Part shown: positions 1 to 13,714 of the stretch, piece after piece
How positions within the stretch are numbered: position 1 is the stretch's first letter
How the letters are laid out: each line of letters starts with the position of its first letter
DNA from: Eledone cirrhosa
Lineage: Eukaryota
Direction: 5' to 3'
Assembly (NCBI GenBank): GCA_964016885.1
Contig: OZ024745.1
Location: 55,490,001 to 55,554,000 of the forward strand
Length of the DNA: 64,000 nucleotides
Program-made: the position numbers and the translations under genes
Notes under the pieces: generated by a model
Seen by the model: only the letters and a program-made list of their open reading frames with translations
What the model was told of the DNA's origin: nothing
Databases searched by the model: none

Positions 1-1317
1 TTTGGATTAACATCTCAATGGAGGTGCCGACCCAATCTACTCTTACCTTTTTCTGTACTTGCAGTACAGTTGTTTTGTCCTCGATTCCGACGAGGACAGA
101 CGCGACCAGCCAAGAAGGGGCCATCCCGGGGGGGGGGGGGGTGACGTGGGTCAGTTTGACCTTCACAATTTTTGGCCCGCAGTAGGAGGGAACCAACACT
201 ATTTCCTCGTTCCTTAGGTTCACTAAGGATTGAGCCTTTGCCTGCAGGGGTGTGGCAAAAAGCACGTCTACGGTGGCATATTTCTTGCCTCGGGTGATAT
301 GCGTTTTCCGCTGCCACACAGATCCTAAGGCTTTTTGTATTTGAGCCTCTGTGGCTCTTTCAACCCTACGGGATTTTGTGCTTACTGTACGGTACGTGAC
401 CGTACAGTGCTGTTGGGTTTCGAAAAAATGTTCGGCTGCCTTGCAGATTGCTCGGTGTCCGATTTTCGTCACCATCTTCTTTGCTTCCTGTAATTCCTAA
501 TTTGTTATGAGGTTGGTTTCCAGGTTCTTTGCGATACCTGCAAACGAGATTAGTTTTTCTTTGCTGCTGTTATTGCTGTTGTTGTTGTCGTCAGAGCTGC
601 TGTTACTTGTGTTGTTGCTGAAGGTACTACGACTACTGCCACCGCCGCTGTTGCTGTGGTTGTTGTTGTTGTTGCTGCTGCTGCTGTTGTTGTTGATGTT
701 GCTGCTAATGATGTTGTTGTTTATGCTGTTGCTGATGCTGTTGCGGCTGCTACTGTTGTTTTCCTTGTCACTGTTGCTGCTGCTGCTGTTATTACGGCTG
801 CTACTGCTATTATTCCTGACGTCAGACGAATGAAATGGGTTTTCGTATTTCCCGCACACCTTTTTCGTCGTTGTCGTCGTCGTCGTGGAAAAATCTTGCA
901 CGCTTTGCACGTGATTTTTCTTTTCTGGTGTCGCTTGCGAAAGAGAAGGGAGGGAGAGAGACACATTTAGAGAAGGGAGGGAGAGAGACACATTTAGAGA
1001 AGGGAGGAGAGAGACAATCTTCTCTCTGCTGTAGTGACGATTGAGGAAGAAGAAGACGGAATGAGTGGGAGTGACCTATGAAAATTCTTTTTCGTAGCCA
1101 TGTTTTTTTTTTTGTTTAAAATAAATATTGGGCACAAAACTCCAATAAGCGGTTATTTAACTTCGAAGGGCCAAATAACGGGTAGAAAGACCCCTCCCAC
1201 GAGGAGGAGGGTGTTTTTGTCTACAATTTGGTTAAAGTTTTAAACAATTTGCAATTGTTATAGCGGTCAAAATTTACAATACCTTACACAGCCGAGCCTC
1301 CGTCAACCATAGCATTC
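1..1317 (-). mobile_element. Tx1/L1-clade LINE 5' end (5'UTR plus degenerate Asn/Ser-rich ORF1), continuing off the window edge
   Basis: Minus-strand peptide SFAGIAKNLETNLIT matches SFAGVARNIETVLVT of ORF1 at 36814+. The downstream part resembles RTVTYRTVS...RVERATEAQIQKAL. The 5' end abuts (TAA)n at 1318-1335. Stops and frameshifts are present. Confidence 0.8.
942..1014. repeat. 27-bp tandem repeat (agagaagggagggagagagacacattt) x~2.7 inside the LINE 5' region
   Basis: Direct reading. Confidence 0.9.
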
Positions 1318-1362
1318 AATAATAATAATAATAATGATGATGATGTTCATGGGAATGGGGAT

Positions 1363-1423
1363 GAGAAGAAGAAGAAGAAGAAGAAGAAGAAGAAGAAGAA
1401 GAAGAAGAAGAAGAAGAAGAAGA
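1363..1423. repeat. (GAA)n microsatellite
   Basis: Direct reading. Confidence 0.95.
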
Positions 1424-1864
1424 ATACATAGTATGTTTTTTCTATAATTATTAATATTGTTATTCATATTTTTGTAAACGAAAAAGAATGAAAATTAATT
1501 TTGATAATAGTTATGGTATTGTACGCAATAGAATGGTAGGGATACATGTTATATTATTTCAGTAATGGATGATGCGCTTAAAACAGCAGTAGATTTTTGG
1601 CATTAATTAAATTAGTTTCAAGGAAACACGAAGGAACTCATTCAATGACATGAGCACATAAGTAAAATAGTTTACCGCTTACGGTTTCTGATAAACGAGT
1701 ATAAATATGGAGCGTATTTAATGTTTGAATATTAAGAAAGAAAAATAATTTTTTAAATTCACTCGGGATGCACTCAGGTAAAGGTTGACAAATAATAACC
1801 TGTGTATATATGTTTGTGCGCGTGCACACACACGCACGCATACATACATACATAGACACACACA

Positions 1865-1932
<68 letters not shown>

Positions 1933-2707
1933 TATATAAAAATATATATATACATATATATACATATATAAAAAGAATATGTGCGTATATCTATGAATCT
2001 GTGCAAATGTATAATAGAATTGCATATAGAATAAGAAAAAGAAAACATTTAAAAAAGATCTTTCTGAATGAAGACAATATAACTATAAAATAAATATCTC
2101 TTCAAATACGAGGTATTATAATAGTATCGACAAAACGTTATATTCTAAAAAGTATTTAAGATCTAAAATATATATAATTCACAGGAATTTATATTATGAA
2201 ATGAAATATCTGATATTCAATTATTTATTACGGCAAATTGGTTGACCACATTGATCAACACGTCTTCATTTAGAAAATAACGGTAATACTATTAATAATA
2301 TCATAGTGTGTATCTTAAGCTGAATTCTGATCTATAACACCAATATAGATATTTATGACACTGTGTGCACACAGATAATACCGGTGAGATGTGTGTTTCG
2401 ATCGCACAGAGCGGCAACTTGCAACTGCTTTTACCTTCCCTAAGTAACTTTACTCCATTTCAAGAGCTATTTATAGAAACTGAGAGCATAGCATATGGTT
2501 ATTCCCTCCGCCGAACCATACGTTATTTTTCAATAAACTGTGTAGTCTCTCAATGCTTAATAAGATCGAAAGATTGAGCTTCTTATAAGATGTATATTTC
2601 CATTTTCCAGACTGTTTTATTGAAATACATAATTCAGATAAAAATTGAGGCGAGATCTATGATGCTGAGACTGTATAATTGTGTATAATCACCGATACCG
2701 TATTACC

Positions 2708-3650
2708 TACTTGTACTTGTACTTGTGTCGAAATTCACCCTGCACGGGTTGAGCCAGCTTCTTCTCTTTTCCTGGCGGCATGCCGAACCATGACAGCCCA
2801 CGCACGACGGTTCCGGGCGAGGTCACTGGAGATAGCGAGCCAGTCATGGTTCCATCGGCGCAGGCCGACCACCTGCGGACCTGAGAGTTCGGAGAGGTCC
2901 TCCTTGATCGTCGTTTACCAGCTCTTCAGCTAGCCGCCAACGCGCTTGTCCACGTTAGGGAGTGGAGGCGGGAAGAGAACATCGCGGATCAGCTCACCCT
3001 CAGGGCGCCGGGCTGCGTGACTAAACCATTTCAAGCGCCTTTGCAGAAGCACTGAAGGAAGGGGTCGAAAATTCAGGCGAAGACGAAGACTGGTGGTAGG
3101 TACCCGATCAACGCGTCGGCAGCGAAGAATGCGGCGGAGACAGTCATTGTCGAAGACCTCCAGCCCTCGTTGATCGACTACCCTCATAGGCCATGTTTCA
3201 CAGCCATAGAGGAGGATAGTGCGAACGACGGCCTGGTAGATTCGTCCTTTGGTCGCCGAGGTGATCTCTCTTCTGTCCCACAGACACCGCTGGAGGCGCC
3301 CGAAAGCGGATATAGCAGCACCTATGCGACGCTTGACCTCAGCTGCGCCCTGTCCTGTTGGAATCACTGTTGAGCTCAGGTAAACGAAGGACTCCACATC
3401 CTCCATGTCCACGCCCTCGAGAGATATTGGCTGCCAGGTATCAGGCGAGACCAGTGACGTCATGACTTTCGACTTGGCGGCATTGATTCGTAGACCAACA
3501 GCGGCGGCTGCAGTGTGCACCCTTTCGAGAGCACCTTGTACATCTGTCCCGTTAGCGCCCATCAGCACGATGTCATCCGCGTAGGCCAGGTCCGTCACCA
3601 CGACTCCTCTCCCGACCTCTACGCCGGAGTAATCCCCTAGCGCTGTTTGA
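2708..3650 (-). mobile_element. 5'-truncated RTE-clade LINE (RT C-terminal half)
   Basis: ORF 2930-3697 has DLAYADDIVL, GLRINAAKSKVM, ILLYGCETW and RRLKWFSHAARR motifs typical of RTE RT. The 3' tail (CAAGTA)3 at 2708-2726 is an RTE-type short tandem tail. Confidence 0.9.
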
Positions 3651-4312
3651 GTGCATTGGGTGCAGATGTAGTTCATTAGCACAAATAATAAATCCAATCT
3701 CTCTCTCTCCCCCTCTCATTCTCTCTTTCTCCTTCTCTCTCACCTTATATATATATAGAGAGAGAGACAAAGAGAGAGGGAGAGACATAGCGCGAGGGAG
3801 AGGTAGAAGGGGAAAGAGTGATATGCATGCATATTCAAAATACTCTTTTAGTATATTATAGTCATGGAATGAGGGTACACCTAAATGCAAGTGTTATAGC
3901 CAAAGGGTGTGTGTGACTATAGGTACACATATAATACTAATATTTCTTTAGAGACCGCCAAACAGAGCTTTTGATAAATAAATTGGCACATATTTTGCAG
4001 ATAGAGTTAGTTTCAGTACAAATCGATTTTTATAGAAAACCTACAATAAGTACTGATTCCTGGGATTAATCACTCGATCGACAATTCGGTTCATAGAAAC
4101 ATTATGTGAGAGCTGCTATTCAGTAAGCAAGCCACGTTTCTCTTTGCATTCAAGGTCTTCCATTTTCATTAATGTTCGTCATCATATTTTATTCATATTC
4201 CGCATGGATTTGAAGCCATTGTAGTATTAACGATTATAGTATTATTAATATTAAACTACAAACAACAAAGCTAATAACATTATTAATACATCATTGTTAT
4301 TATTGGTTCAGA

Positions 4313-4346
<34 letters not shown>

Positions 4347-4365
4347 TTAATAATTATAATAATAA

Positions 4366-4497
4366 TGGTGGGAGCATCAACCGCCTTGGTGGGAGCATCA
4401 ACCACCTCCCATACTTGAAAAAGATCACATCTCAATCTTGTGGAATTTTAGCATTCAAACAGACCGAAAAAATAGATGCAAATAGACCTGATATATC
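4366..4497 (+). mobile_element. Internal fragment of R4/Dong-like element
   Basis: Near-identical to 5960-6068 (WWEHQPPPILEKDHI...RKIDANRPDI), with a short 5' duplication of tggtgggagcatcaacc. Follows (TAA)n. Confidence 0.85.
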
Positions 4498-5361
4498 GCC
4501 CCCAGTTTGTGCAGTAACGGCTCGAGAGCCAATACGTAAAAGAGGGACGAGACTGGGACAACCCTGGCGGACTGAGCGCATGATGCTGACCGGTTGCGAC
4601 AGGTGACCGTTCACCCTCACAACTGAACAGATGTCGCTGTACATCGTTGCGATCCAACCCCTGAAAACGGGCCCTAAACCGGCTGCCTCGAGGACAGCCG
4701 CCAGGTACTGATGGTCGACCCTATCGAATGCTTTGGATTGATCCAAGTTGATCAGGACCCCACCCGTGCCAGGTTCCTTAAACACCCTCTCTATGATGTA
4801 TCGCATGAGGTGGAGGTTGTTCTGTATGGATCTGTTCGGAATGGCGCATGTCTGCGCCTTTCCTACCAGACCCTTGACGACAAGCGCCAGCCTCGTTGCT
4901 AACACCTTGGCCAAAATCTTGAACTCTGCGTTTAGCAGGGTTATGGGCTTGAAATTATCAATAACATCCCCCTTCTTCGGGTCTTTTCTCAGCAGCGCCA
5001 CCGCTCCCCGGCTCACAAAACTGGGAATGCTCCCGTTCTGCTGCCAGTTGCAGTAGACGTCTGCCAAGAGGTCACCGAACAAGACTGGCATACATGCATA
5101 AAGCTCGTAGGGCATACCATCAAAACCTGGGGATTTACCCCTCGTGCAGTTAGCCATCGCTTCCCGTATTTCACCGGCTGTTATTGGCTTTTCGCAACAC
5201 TGTGCTGCGGTCGCCGAGAGCCGAAGAGTCCGTCGAGGTATGCACTGAAGTCCATGCCCCGATCCGGGCCGCCGCTGCTCCCGAACAGTTCAGCAAAGTG
5301 CTGCTGAAAATCTTCACACAACCGCCCGGGTCCGAGCATCACGCACCCGTTTTTGTCTGAC

Positions 5362-5362
<1 letters not shown>
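4498..5362 (-). mobile_element. Tx1-like ORF2 RT fragment (subfamily a)
   Basis: KSPGFDG, PITLLNAEFKILAK, LDQSKAFDRVDH, VRQGCP. Closely matches 40055-40922. Confidence 0.9.
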
Positions 5363-5399
<37 letters not shown>

Positions 5400-6513
5400 G
5401 GGAATCACATGATTGGATGATCAAACTCGTCTTGAAACACGAACGCATCAAAAGATCATACTCCATTACAAAAGATGCACAAAGATACAGTAATGGACTA
5501 CAAATTTCAGAAGTCCCATTTACTGCTGAAATGGAAAACACAGAAAAAGCAAAGCAGGTAAAAGTAACTGCAAAGAAAGAACTGCTACAGAAACTGGCTA
5601 AGAAATGGCAAGAAAAGCCTCTGTATGGAAAATACCCAGAAAGAGCTAACAATCCTGATGTTGACAAAACTTTAACCCATCAGTGGTTGGCATCCTCTGG
5701 ACTGAAATCGGAGACTGAAGGACTGATTGTATCAGCAGAAGATCAGTGTCTGCCAACAAAAAATTACCAAGCCAACATAATAAAAAATGGATGCAACCCA
5801 TTATGCCATGTATGTAAAAAACAACCAGAGACCATTGATCATATAATTTCAATGTGCAGTCCTATAGCTCCAACCGAATACCTAACCAGGCATGATAGAG
5901 GTGCACAATGCATACATTGGATAATGTGTAAGCAGTTTGACCTGCCCCATCAAAAGAATTGGTGGGAGCATCAACCACCTCCCATACTTGAAAAAGATCA
6001 CATCTCAAACTAGTGGAACTTTAGTATCCAAACAGACCGAAAAATAGATGCAAATAGACCTGATATATTACTGAAGGACTTTAAAAAGAGGGTATGCCTG
6101 CTAATTGATATGTCTGTTCCAATAGACAAGAACGTATCTATAAAAACATTTGAAAAATTGAGCAAGTATAAGGACCTGGAGATAGAAATTGGAAAAATAT
6201 GGGAATTGAGAACTAAAACAATACCAGTGGTTATAGGCGATCTAGGAATGATACCTGAGGGGTCTAATGATTACTCATCGCACATCCCAGGAAACCCGCG
6301 TATAGGAGAAATACAAAAGAAAGTACTAATGGGAACTGCCCATATACTAAGGAAGATTCTGTCAATATAAGTACATCACAAGTCTGAACACCTAAAGATG
6401 CATATGTGTGTATGTATGTTCTTTCTTGAACATGGCGGACCTTGTTGTCTCTTGAGGTCACTGGATGTGACTTGGTGATAACTCGTATGAACATAAAGCA
6501 AGATAAATGCAAC
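5400..6513 (+). mobile_element. 5'-truncated R4/Dong-like non-LTR element (CCHC zinc knuckle plus restriction-like endonuclease) with 3'UTR
   Basis: CHVCKKQPETIDHIISMC, RHD and RPDI...LIDMSVP...EKLSKY (PD-D/E-xK RLE); one internal stop. Flanked on both sides by (TAA)n, the known Dong/R4 target. Confidence 0.9.
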
Positions 6514-6555
<42 letters not shown>

Positions 6556-6556
<1 letters not shown>

Positions 6557-9500
6557 CTTTCTTTATTAACCACAAGGGTTTACATAAACTAGACTTTAAG
6601 GAGTGTACAAGACAATACAGGACGGTACAAATGGGCATTTCTGCGTGTAAAAAACAAAAACAAGGCATGTAACAAAAAGATAACAATGAAAAATTCCCCA
6701 ATAGGGGGGAGACTTCAGAGGGATATTTGTGGAGAAAGCCCATTTAAAAGCCACAGACACCCTGACAACCAGGGCAAGTGCACACTCCCAGTTTTCCTCC
6801 TTTAATTTACAGACATATGCTCAGAGTAGGCCCATTCACTCGGGCCATTCTTACCTCTCTCACCCATCTTTCAACAAAATGCTGGGAAGAGAGCATTTCC
6901 CTTTCTACCCTGATTTTCCATTTCAAATGAAATTTGAAAAAGTTAATCATGGCATCACTGAAGAGATGAGTGCTCGTCTTCAGCTCTTTCAAACGTGTCC
7001 GCCATACTATCACTTTCGGCATGGCCACCAGACAGATAAAAACTGCCTGCCCTTCCCGGCTAAGGGAAGTGGGAGGGGCAATCCTCACGATGGACTCAGC
7101 TGATAGCTGGATCCGTCCTACACGCGGACATGGCCGGCTGACGGCACCTCCATGCCTGTAGAGTTTATCCCGAACTGGCAAGAGCTCATCAGTAGCACAG
7201 GGATTTCTGGAAGTTGTTCATAGGCCCCGGCCCGAAAGTTCTTCCGAAGAGATTGGCTTGTTGATTTTCGACGACGCCTAGAGTTTACCCAAGTACGTCG
7301 TCGCTCTTCCGCTCCACTAATCCTCTATAGAACGCCAAGGTGGAGTTTGCACCGATCACATTGACCGATTGGTAGAGGGCTGTGAGCGCCTGAAGACATT
7401 CCAGTCACCAAGCGCTCCCTCTCGGTCTTCGCTTGACCCAGGACTGCAGCTCCGTCAAGGAAACGAGCTGGGGAAAGACGCGTCTAGCAAACGGCGACCA
7501 CACCTGATCACCGTCGAGGAAGCGTGGAGATGTCGTAGCCTGAGCGCGTGTCTGCGCATCATCCACGGCATGCCCAGCCCTCCACGTATCGGGTGTTAAC
7601 AGCAGATGGTCCGCCTGACCATCGGAGCGCGCCCCCCGAAAGAGCAAATGCTCCAGCGCAGTCAGGCGGGACTTAGGACAAGGTACAACGGTCAGGTGGT
7701 AGTAGATGACGGATGCGATGTACGCGTTAGCCACCTCTGCTCGACCTTTCAGGGATAGCTTCCTCTTCGCCAATTTCTGGGTGAGAGAAGCCACCCTGCT
7801 CGTCACCTCGTACCAGTTTGTGTCCGTCTGGAGGTCCGGACCGAACCAGACCCCTAGCAATTTAACCGGTCCGTCCGTCCAGCGCCCGACGACGCTATTG
7901 GACGGCATAGACCTGCCTCTCCAGGTGCCGAGCTGCAGGCCCACTGACCTTTCCTGGTTGATCATTGCTCCTGTCACCGCTTTGTATTCTCTTAGTGTAG
8001 TGCCGATCGCATCGATGTGTTTGGCGTTCGACACCACTACGGTGACATCTTCCGCATATGCTGACACGGATCTTCCGCATTCTAGTTCGCGCGGGACCCC
8101 CCTAAACGTCTCCAGTTTGTGCAGTAATGGCTGGAGAGTCAATACGTACAAGAGGGACGAGAGGGGACATCCTCATGATGTTGAACGGTTCCGAAAGGTG
8201 ACCGTTCACTCTCACCACAGAGCAGGTGTTGCTGTGCATGGCAGCGATCCAGCCTCTGAAGAGGGGCCCAAAGCCAGCCGCCATCAGGACTGCCGCTAGG
8301 TAACGTTGGTCGACCCTATCGAAAGCTTTCGACTGATCTAAATTGATCAAGGACCCACCCGTGCCAGGTTCCCTAGACACCCTCTCTACGATGTATCGCA
8401 TGAGGTGGAGATTGTCGTGGATAGATCTGTCGGGAATGGCGCATGTCTGCGCCTCTCCCACCAGACCACCAACGACAAGCACCACCTTATTTGCTAGCAC
8501 CTTGGCCAAAATCTTGAACTCTGTGTTTAGCAGTTATGGGCCTAAAATTATCTATGTTATCCCCCTTGTTCGGATCCTTTCTCAGCAGCGCCACGGCTCC
8601 TCGGCTCACAGAGCTGGGAATTCTCCCGTTCTGTTGCCAGTTGCAGTAGACGTCCACCAAGAGACCTCCGAACAAGTCTGGCATATGTACGTAAAGTTCA
8701 TAGGGCAGACCATCCAAACCAGGCGATTTACCCCTTGTGCAGCTAGACATTGCCTCCCGTACTTCAGCGGCTGTTATCGGCTTTTCGCAACACTCCGCCT
8801 CAGTGGCCGACAGCCGCGGCAGTCCGTCGAGGTAGACACTAAAGTCCATCCCTCGAGCCGTCCCGCCGCTGCCCCCGAACAGCTGAGCGAAGTGTCGCTG
8901 AAAAGCTTCACACATTTGCCCGGGATCGTGTAGCATGCACCCGTCGTGGTCCACCAAAGACCGGATCGTGGCTTTGTTGCCACGACGCGCCTCCGCTACT
9001 CGGGCCCATTGAACGGCTTTCGTTCCCTCGTGTCTGAGAGCACGCACCCTAGCTCTGTCAATGCAGCCTTCGTACTTTGCCTTGAAGAATTGTTCAAGGG
9101 CCAATTTCGCCGCAAGTACCTTCGGTCGCGATGCCTTTGCTAAGCGCCTCGTCTAATTTTCTAACTAATTCTCCCTCTGCTCTATTTTTCTCTATTGCTA
9201 AAGCCTTACTAAACCTAATGGACTCTATTCTAATTGCTCATTTCAGAGCAAACCACCACTTGTTGTTGACGATGGCCCTCGTCAACGCCCGCTTAACTAG
9301 TTCGCTAATCCGGTCTCTGTAGGTCTTGCGCGCTGGTAAGGACGCGTTTAGCCGGGTTCTCGTCTATGAAGCCTATCTAAGTCAAGCACACAGATCAGCA
9401 ATCTGTGGTCCGTGTAGCTGACTATCTTGAATTGTAGACAGCCTATGCTAGACCTATCTATTTCTCTACAAAATACTCTATCTAGATATGATGTGGATGA

Positions 9501-11210
9501 CCTATGCGATTTGTCCAAGTCCACATTGGCACATTCGGGAAATCCAATCGGTACCTCTCAGACAGTTCAAAACGACTGAGCAGGTGGGTGAGGCTCTTGC
9601 TCCCTCCTCACCTATCCGCTAATCCCACACAGTCCCAGCGTGCATCTAAGATCCCGTTCCAGTCGCCCACTAACACTAAAGAGCGGGACGTTCCAAGAAA
9701 GGTCTCCAGACGCCGGAAGAAATCAGGCCGCCCTGCTCCTGTCGGGTCATAGACGGCCACTAGCCTGAAAGCTTGCCCGTCTCCGCTGGTCACGTCTAGC
9801 ATCACCAGCTTACCTTCTGGGTCCAGGAAGATGTCTCGTATGGCGAGATCCAAACCTCTCCGAAAAAGCACAGCAACTTCTCCCGCCCGATCCCGGACGG
9901 CTGGGAGATGCGTACACATCGTAGCCGCCGAAGATCGGTGCGAAGGCCCGTGCTTCGGAGATTCTGGTCTCGCTGATGGCCACCACTTCTATGTTTAGTG
10001 ACCTGAGGTCGTTGAGCAGGTGGCCCTGCTTCCATGACGACCCCAAGCCACGCGCATTTATGCTGCCTATTCTGAGTGAGGTCATGTTGAAATGGAGTGG
10101 AAAAGATGGGAAAGACCACTTACCTAACTTCTCGTAGAGGAAGGATGGTTTGTCCATCCTTTTCACTGCTTGTGGCCTCCTCCGGAAGGATGTCCTTATA
10201 AATCCTCCTGGAGAGTGTTTGTCGGAAGTCTCCGATGTCTTTGGGGAATTTTTGTTTTAGTGTCGTATATGTTTTCTGTGTGATGCGAGTGATTTGTATG
10301 TGTGGAGGTGGTGTGAACTTTTTGGTTGTTGTGTAGTCTTTTTCTGTGATGCTGGTGTTGTGTTGCATGTAGTGTAATAATTGGTAGTTGTTCAAATTTA
10401 ATTGTTTTTACATTTGGCACAAGGCCAGCAAATTACCCAGTGCATTACTGGTACTTTATTTTATCGACCCCGTAAGGATGAAAGGCAAAGTCAACCTCGG
10501 CGGGATTTGAACTCAGATCGTAAAGGGACGTAACTCTGCTGGAAAGCATGGCGTCCGACCCTCTACCGATACTGCCAATCCACCACCGCCAGTAGTGTTC
10601 AAATTTAATGCTGTGTAGTGTGTATCGTTTTGGTTGTTTTGTTTTGTTTGCGTTTGTTGTGGGTTTGTTTCTGTTACGCTTTTTGGTGACTTTTGTGGTG
10701 TTGGTGATGGTGGTGTTGGGGTTATTGATGGTGATGGTGTTGGTGTTTGTGGTGATGGGGGTTGGTGATGCTGGTGTGGATGGTGGCATATCTTTCCTAA
10801 CTTTTTTGTTTGTTAATTTATTTGTTTCCCTCTGTATTTTGTTTTTGGAGGGGGAAGGAAGAGAATTTTTTTCTTTTTTGGTTTCTTTTTTTTTTTTTCC
10901 TGATACCGTTTCCCACTCCTCGTCGTCACAATCTGTCTCCAGTTGCGATAAGCCGGGGAGTGGAAAATCCTCCACAGGCGTTGGTTTTGATTGTGGCGTG
11001 GTGGATGGTGTAGTCGCTGGTGCTAGTTCTGGCGCGTTGGGTGGTGGTGGTGTTGGTTTTGCTACTGTTGCTGGGGTTGTTGCTGTTACAGTTGCTTCTG
11101 CTGTTGCTGCTACAGTTGTTGCTGCCATTTATGCTGCTGGTGGTGTTGATGATTTAGTCACTGGGGTGGGTAAGAGAGGTGGCCTTAAACTTTTTGCCTG
11201 AGGGTGTCTG
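6556..11210 (-). mobile_element. Degenerate Tx1-like LINE (3'UTR 6556-6806, ORF2 6807-10085, ORF1 3' part 10120-11200)
   Basis: Frameshifted pieces match ORF2 41989-45408 from MTSLRIGSINARG to ARVNGPTLSI. The 3'UTR matches 45409-45670 and ends in (TTA)n. Confidence 0.95.
10403..10590 (-). mobile_element. tRNA-derived SINE inserted in Tx1 ORF1, with ~18-bp target-site duplication
   Basis: A-box-like TGGCAGTATCGG, B-box GAGTTCAAATCC and core GCCTTTCATCCTTACGGGGTCGATAAAATAAAGTACCAG (resembles a conserved Deu/Nin-type SINE core, from memory). TSD gtag(t)tgttcaaatttaat at 10384-10402 and 10592-10609. Confidence 0.85.
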
Positions 11211-11279
11211 GAAGACACTTGGCATATATAAGAAACAATACTGAAGTTAAATGAAAACAATAACGATAATAATAATAAT

Positions 11280-11715
11280 TCCCTCGTATATGGGACAATT
11301 AAGAAGGAGGGACAATGGTGTTCTTACAACAAATCGAATAGACAATATAAAAACAATAAATTATACAAAATTATGACAAAACGAATGCTCCAATAGGGCG
11401 CAGAACCTCTCAAAGCCAACTCATGAAATACACCAATCCTGAACCACACCACGCAACGAAGACTCCGAGGAAGGCACATATCTCCTCTTCAAATCAGCTA
11501 TCCTACAGCTGCATGCTCGGAATAGGCCCATTCCCAAGGGCTATTCTCCAACATATACTCTCCTTTCAGCAGATGCTCTGAGGCGAAGCACTTTTCTCAC
11601 CACCCTCAACTTCTTTTCGAAGAGCAGTGTCTGTTTTCGACCCCTTCAGCATCGTTTACTATAGAACCTATTTCATTACAAACACCACTCAGAAGAAAAC
11701 TGCCTGCCCTTCTCT
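11280..11715 (-). mobile_element. Old, diverged Tx1-like 3' end
   Basis: Minus strand reads ~FEKKLRVVRKVL...AERRV (cf. LKRKIRVEKEVL...VERWV) and shares aaaactgcctgcccttc with 7039-7055. Abuts a short (TAA)n. Confidence 0.6.
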
Positions 11716-12069
11716 AATTCGACGTAAAATTAACTAAAATTGTTTCATATAAAATTACCCCTACCTCTCAAAGATTGGTTGCATTCGTAAAGGTGTATAC
11801 ATAGACGTTACTATTATGCTGATTATATGATATCAAGTATATGATGTTCTATGTGTCTCAAGGGAGCATGATATTTGTTTATGATTTATATAATATTTCA
11901 AACAAATAGTTTTGAATTGTTTATGAGGATATTCATTATCTTTTTGCCCGTAGTATGATGTATAACATACTCATCTTTATTCATTACACATGGGGTGGGG
12001 TGGGGATTTGTAAGCTTAAATCTGAATTAAATTATGTATTGTGGCCATGTTTAACAGCACCATAAACAA

Positions 12070-12184
<115 letters not shown>

Positions 12185-13519
12185 TAGATGTACTTGTGGT
12201 GAGTGCTAGAATATCACTCATATATTTTTATTAAGCTTCTCATTTAATGGTTTAAAAGAATGTGATACCCATATTTCGCCCAAATCTAACCCCATATGCA
12301 GTTTGGGAATGTGTCCAGTGAACTACACAGCATATTGATGTAGTTCATCACATGTAGTGATGATTATACTGTACACCAAATGACATTATAAATTAGTATA
12401 TTTCATCTAATGAGAAAACTATATTGACTCAAATAGAACAGTAACCCAGAAAATACTAACTATTGTAAGAAGCTGAATAAAACATATTCTGACCATAGAC
12501 CTGTCTTCACCATATTGGATATCTCAATAGGCAAATATTCCAGATGATCATAAATCTGGGAATGTAGACAACTCTCAAAAACACCATTGTTCAATCCGAA
12601 TAAGATTTTGCACGGCATCTCTTTATCAAATTTCTCTCGTAATCTGTTCATCCATCAGAAGATTTCCGAGATAGCATATATTTAATATGACATAAAGATC
12701 GATTCGAACCTACCTGATGTACTTTCTTTACACAAATCTTTAACGGCATTGAACAGTGAACGAAACTGTGAAAATCCGTTTTTCTTTAACCTTATATCGT
12801 GGTTGGGTTTCTGGGATTTTACAATTTTTGTGAGACGGAATTATTTGCTCATAATCAGAACGTTACCCTAAATATTTTATTTATATGCATAGTTCTATAT
12901 CTACACGCTTCAGTAAACCTATTTGAAAAGTAGCTAATCATATAATTTTTACATATATTTGGACATATAATAGAAATGTTCCTATTTATAAATTTAGATG
13001 ACATTTATGATACATTGTAATGTGTTCAAGTATTAGCGAATCATGTGCCGAGGAAAATTCGATCGTGTTAACTTTAGATTCGGTTCATAAAATGTTGAGA
13101 AGATAGTGAATATGATTTGATGATTTTGAAATATTCAAGGAGTATGGAACATAATTCCTGTAACAAAGATTTCTGAAGAAATAGGGAGACATTGCTTGGC
13201 CTATCTAATTTGTCATTTGAATTGTACTTTACGGTTTAAAGTCGTGGAACGTTGGTATGTAATACATTTTTATTTCGATATTGGAGTCGATGGCAATATC
13301 AGATTTAATTCGAAAGAGAATTAGGTGTCAAACTTAATTCTCCACGAGAGGAAATAAATTAGTAATATTACAGGAAATATTGTAAAACATTTGGATCTAT
13401 GTGCCGTTCAATGTGAACATAATTATAGAAGCTATTCAGAGAAAGACTCATTCAAAGAGACGCGTATGCAAACCAGACATACGCAGATAATAAATATTTA
13501 TATATACATACATATCCAA

Positions 13520-13714
<195 letters not shown>

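Noticed and set aside
1170-1275. HDV-like ribozyme in the Tx1 5'UTR (minus strand tcc-tcctcgt-ggg resembles P3/L3)
   Set aside because: The candidate P1 (gaccgct/aggggtc) has a mismatch and the required GG of P1.1 and J4/2 are absent.
12300-12870. Complex-looking minus-strand stretch with a 63-aa ORF
   Set aside because: No recognisable domain; stops in all frames; cannot be called an exon without homology search.
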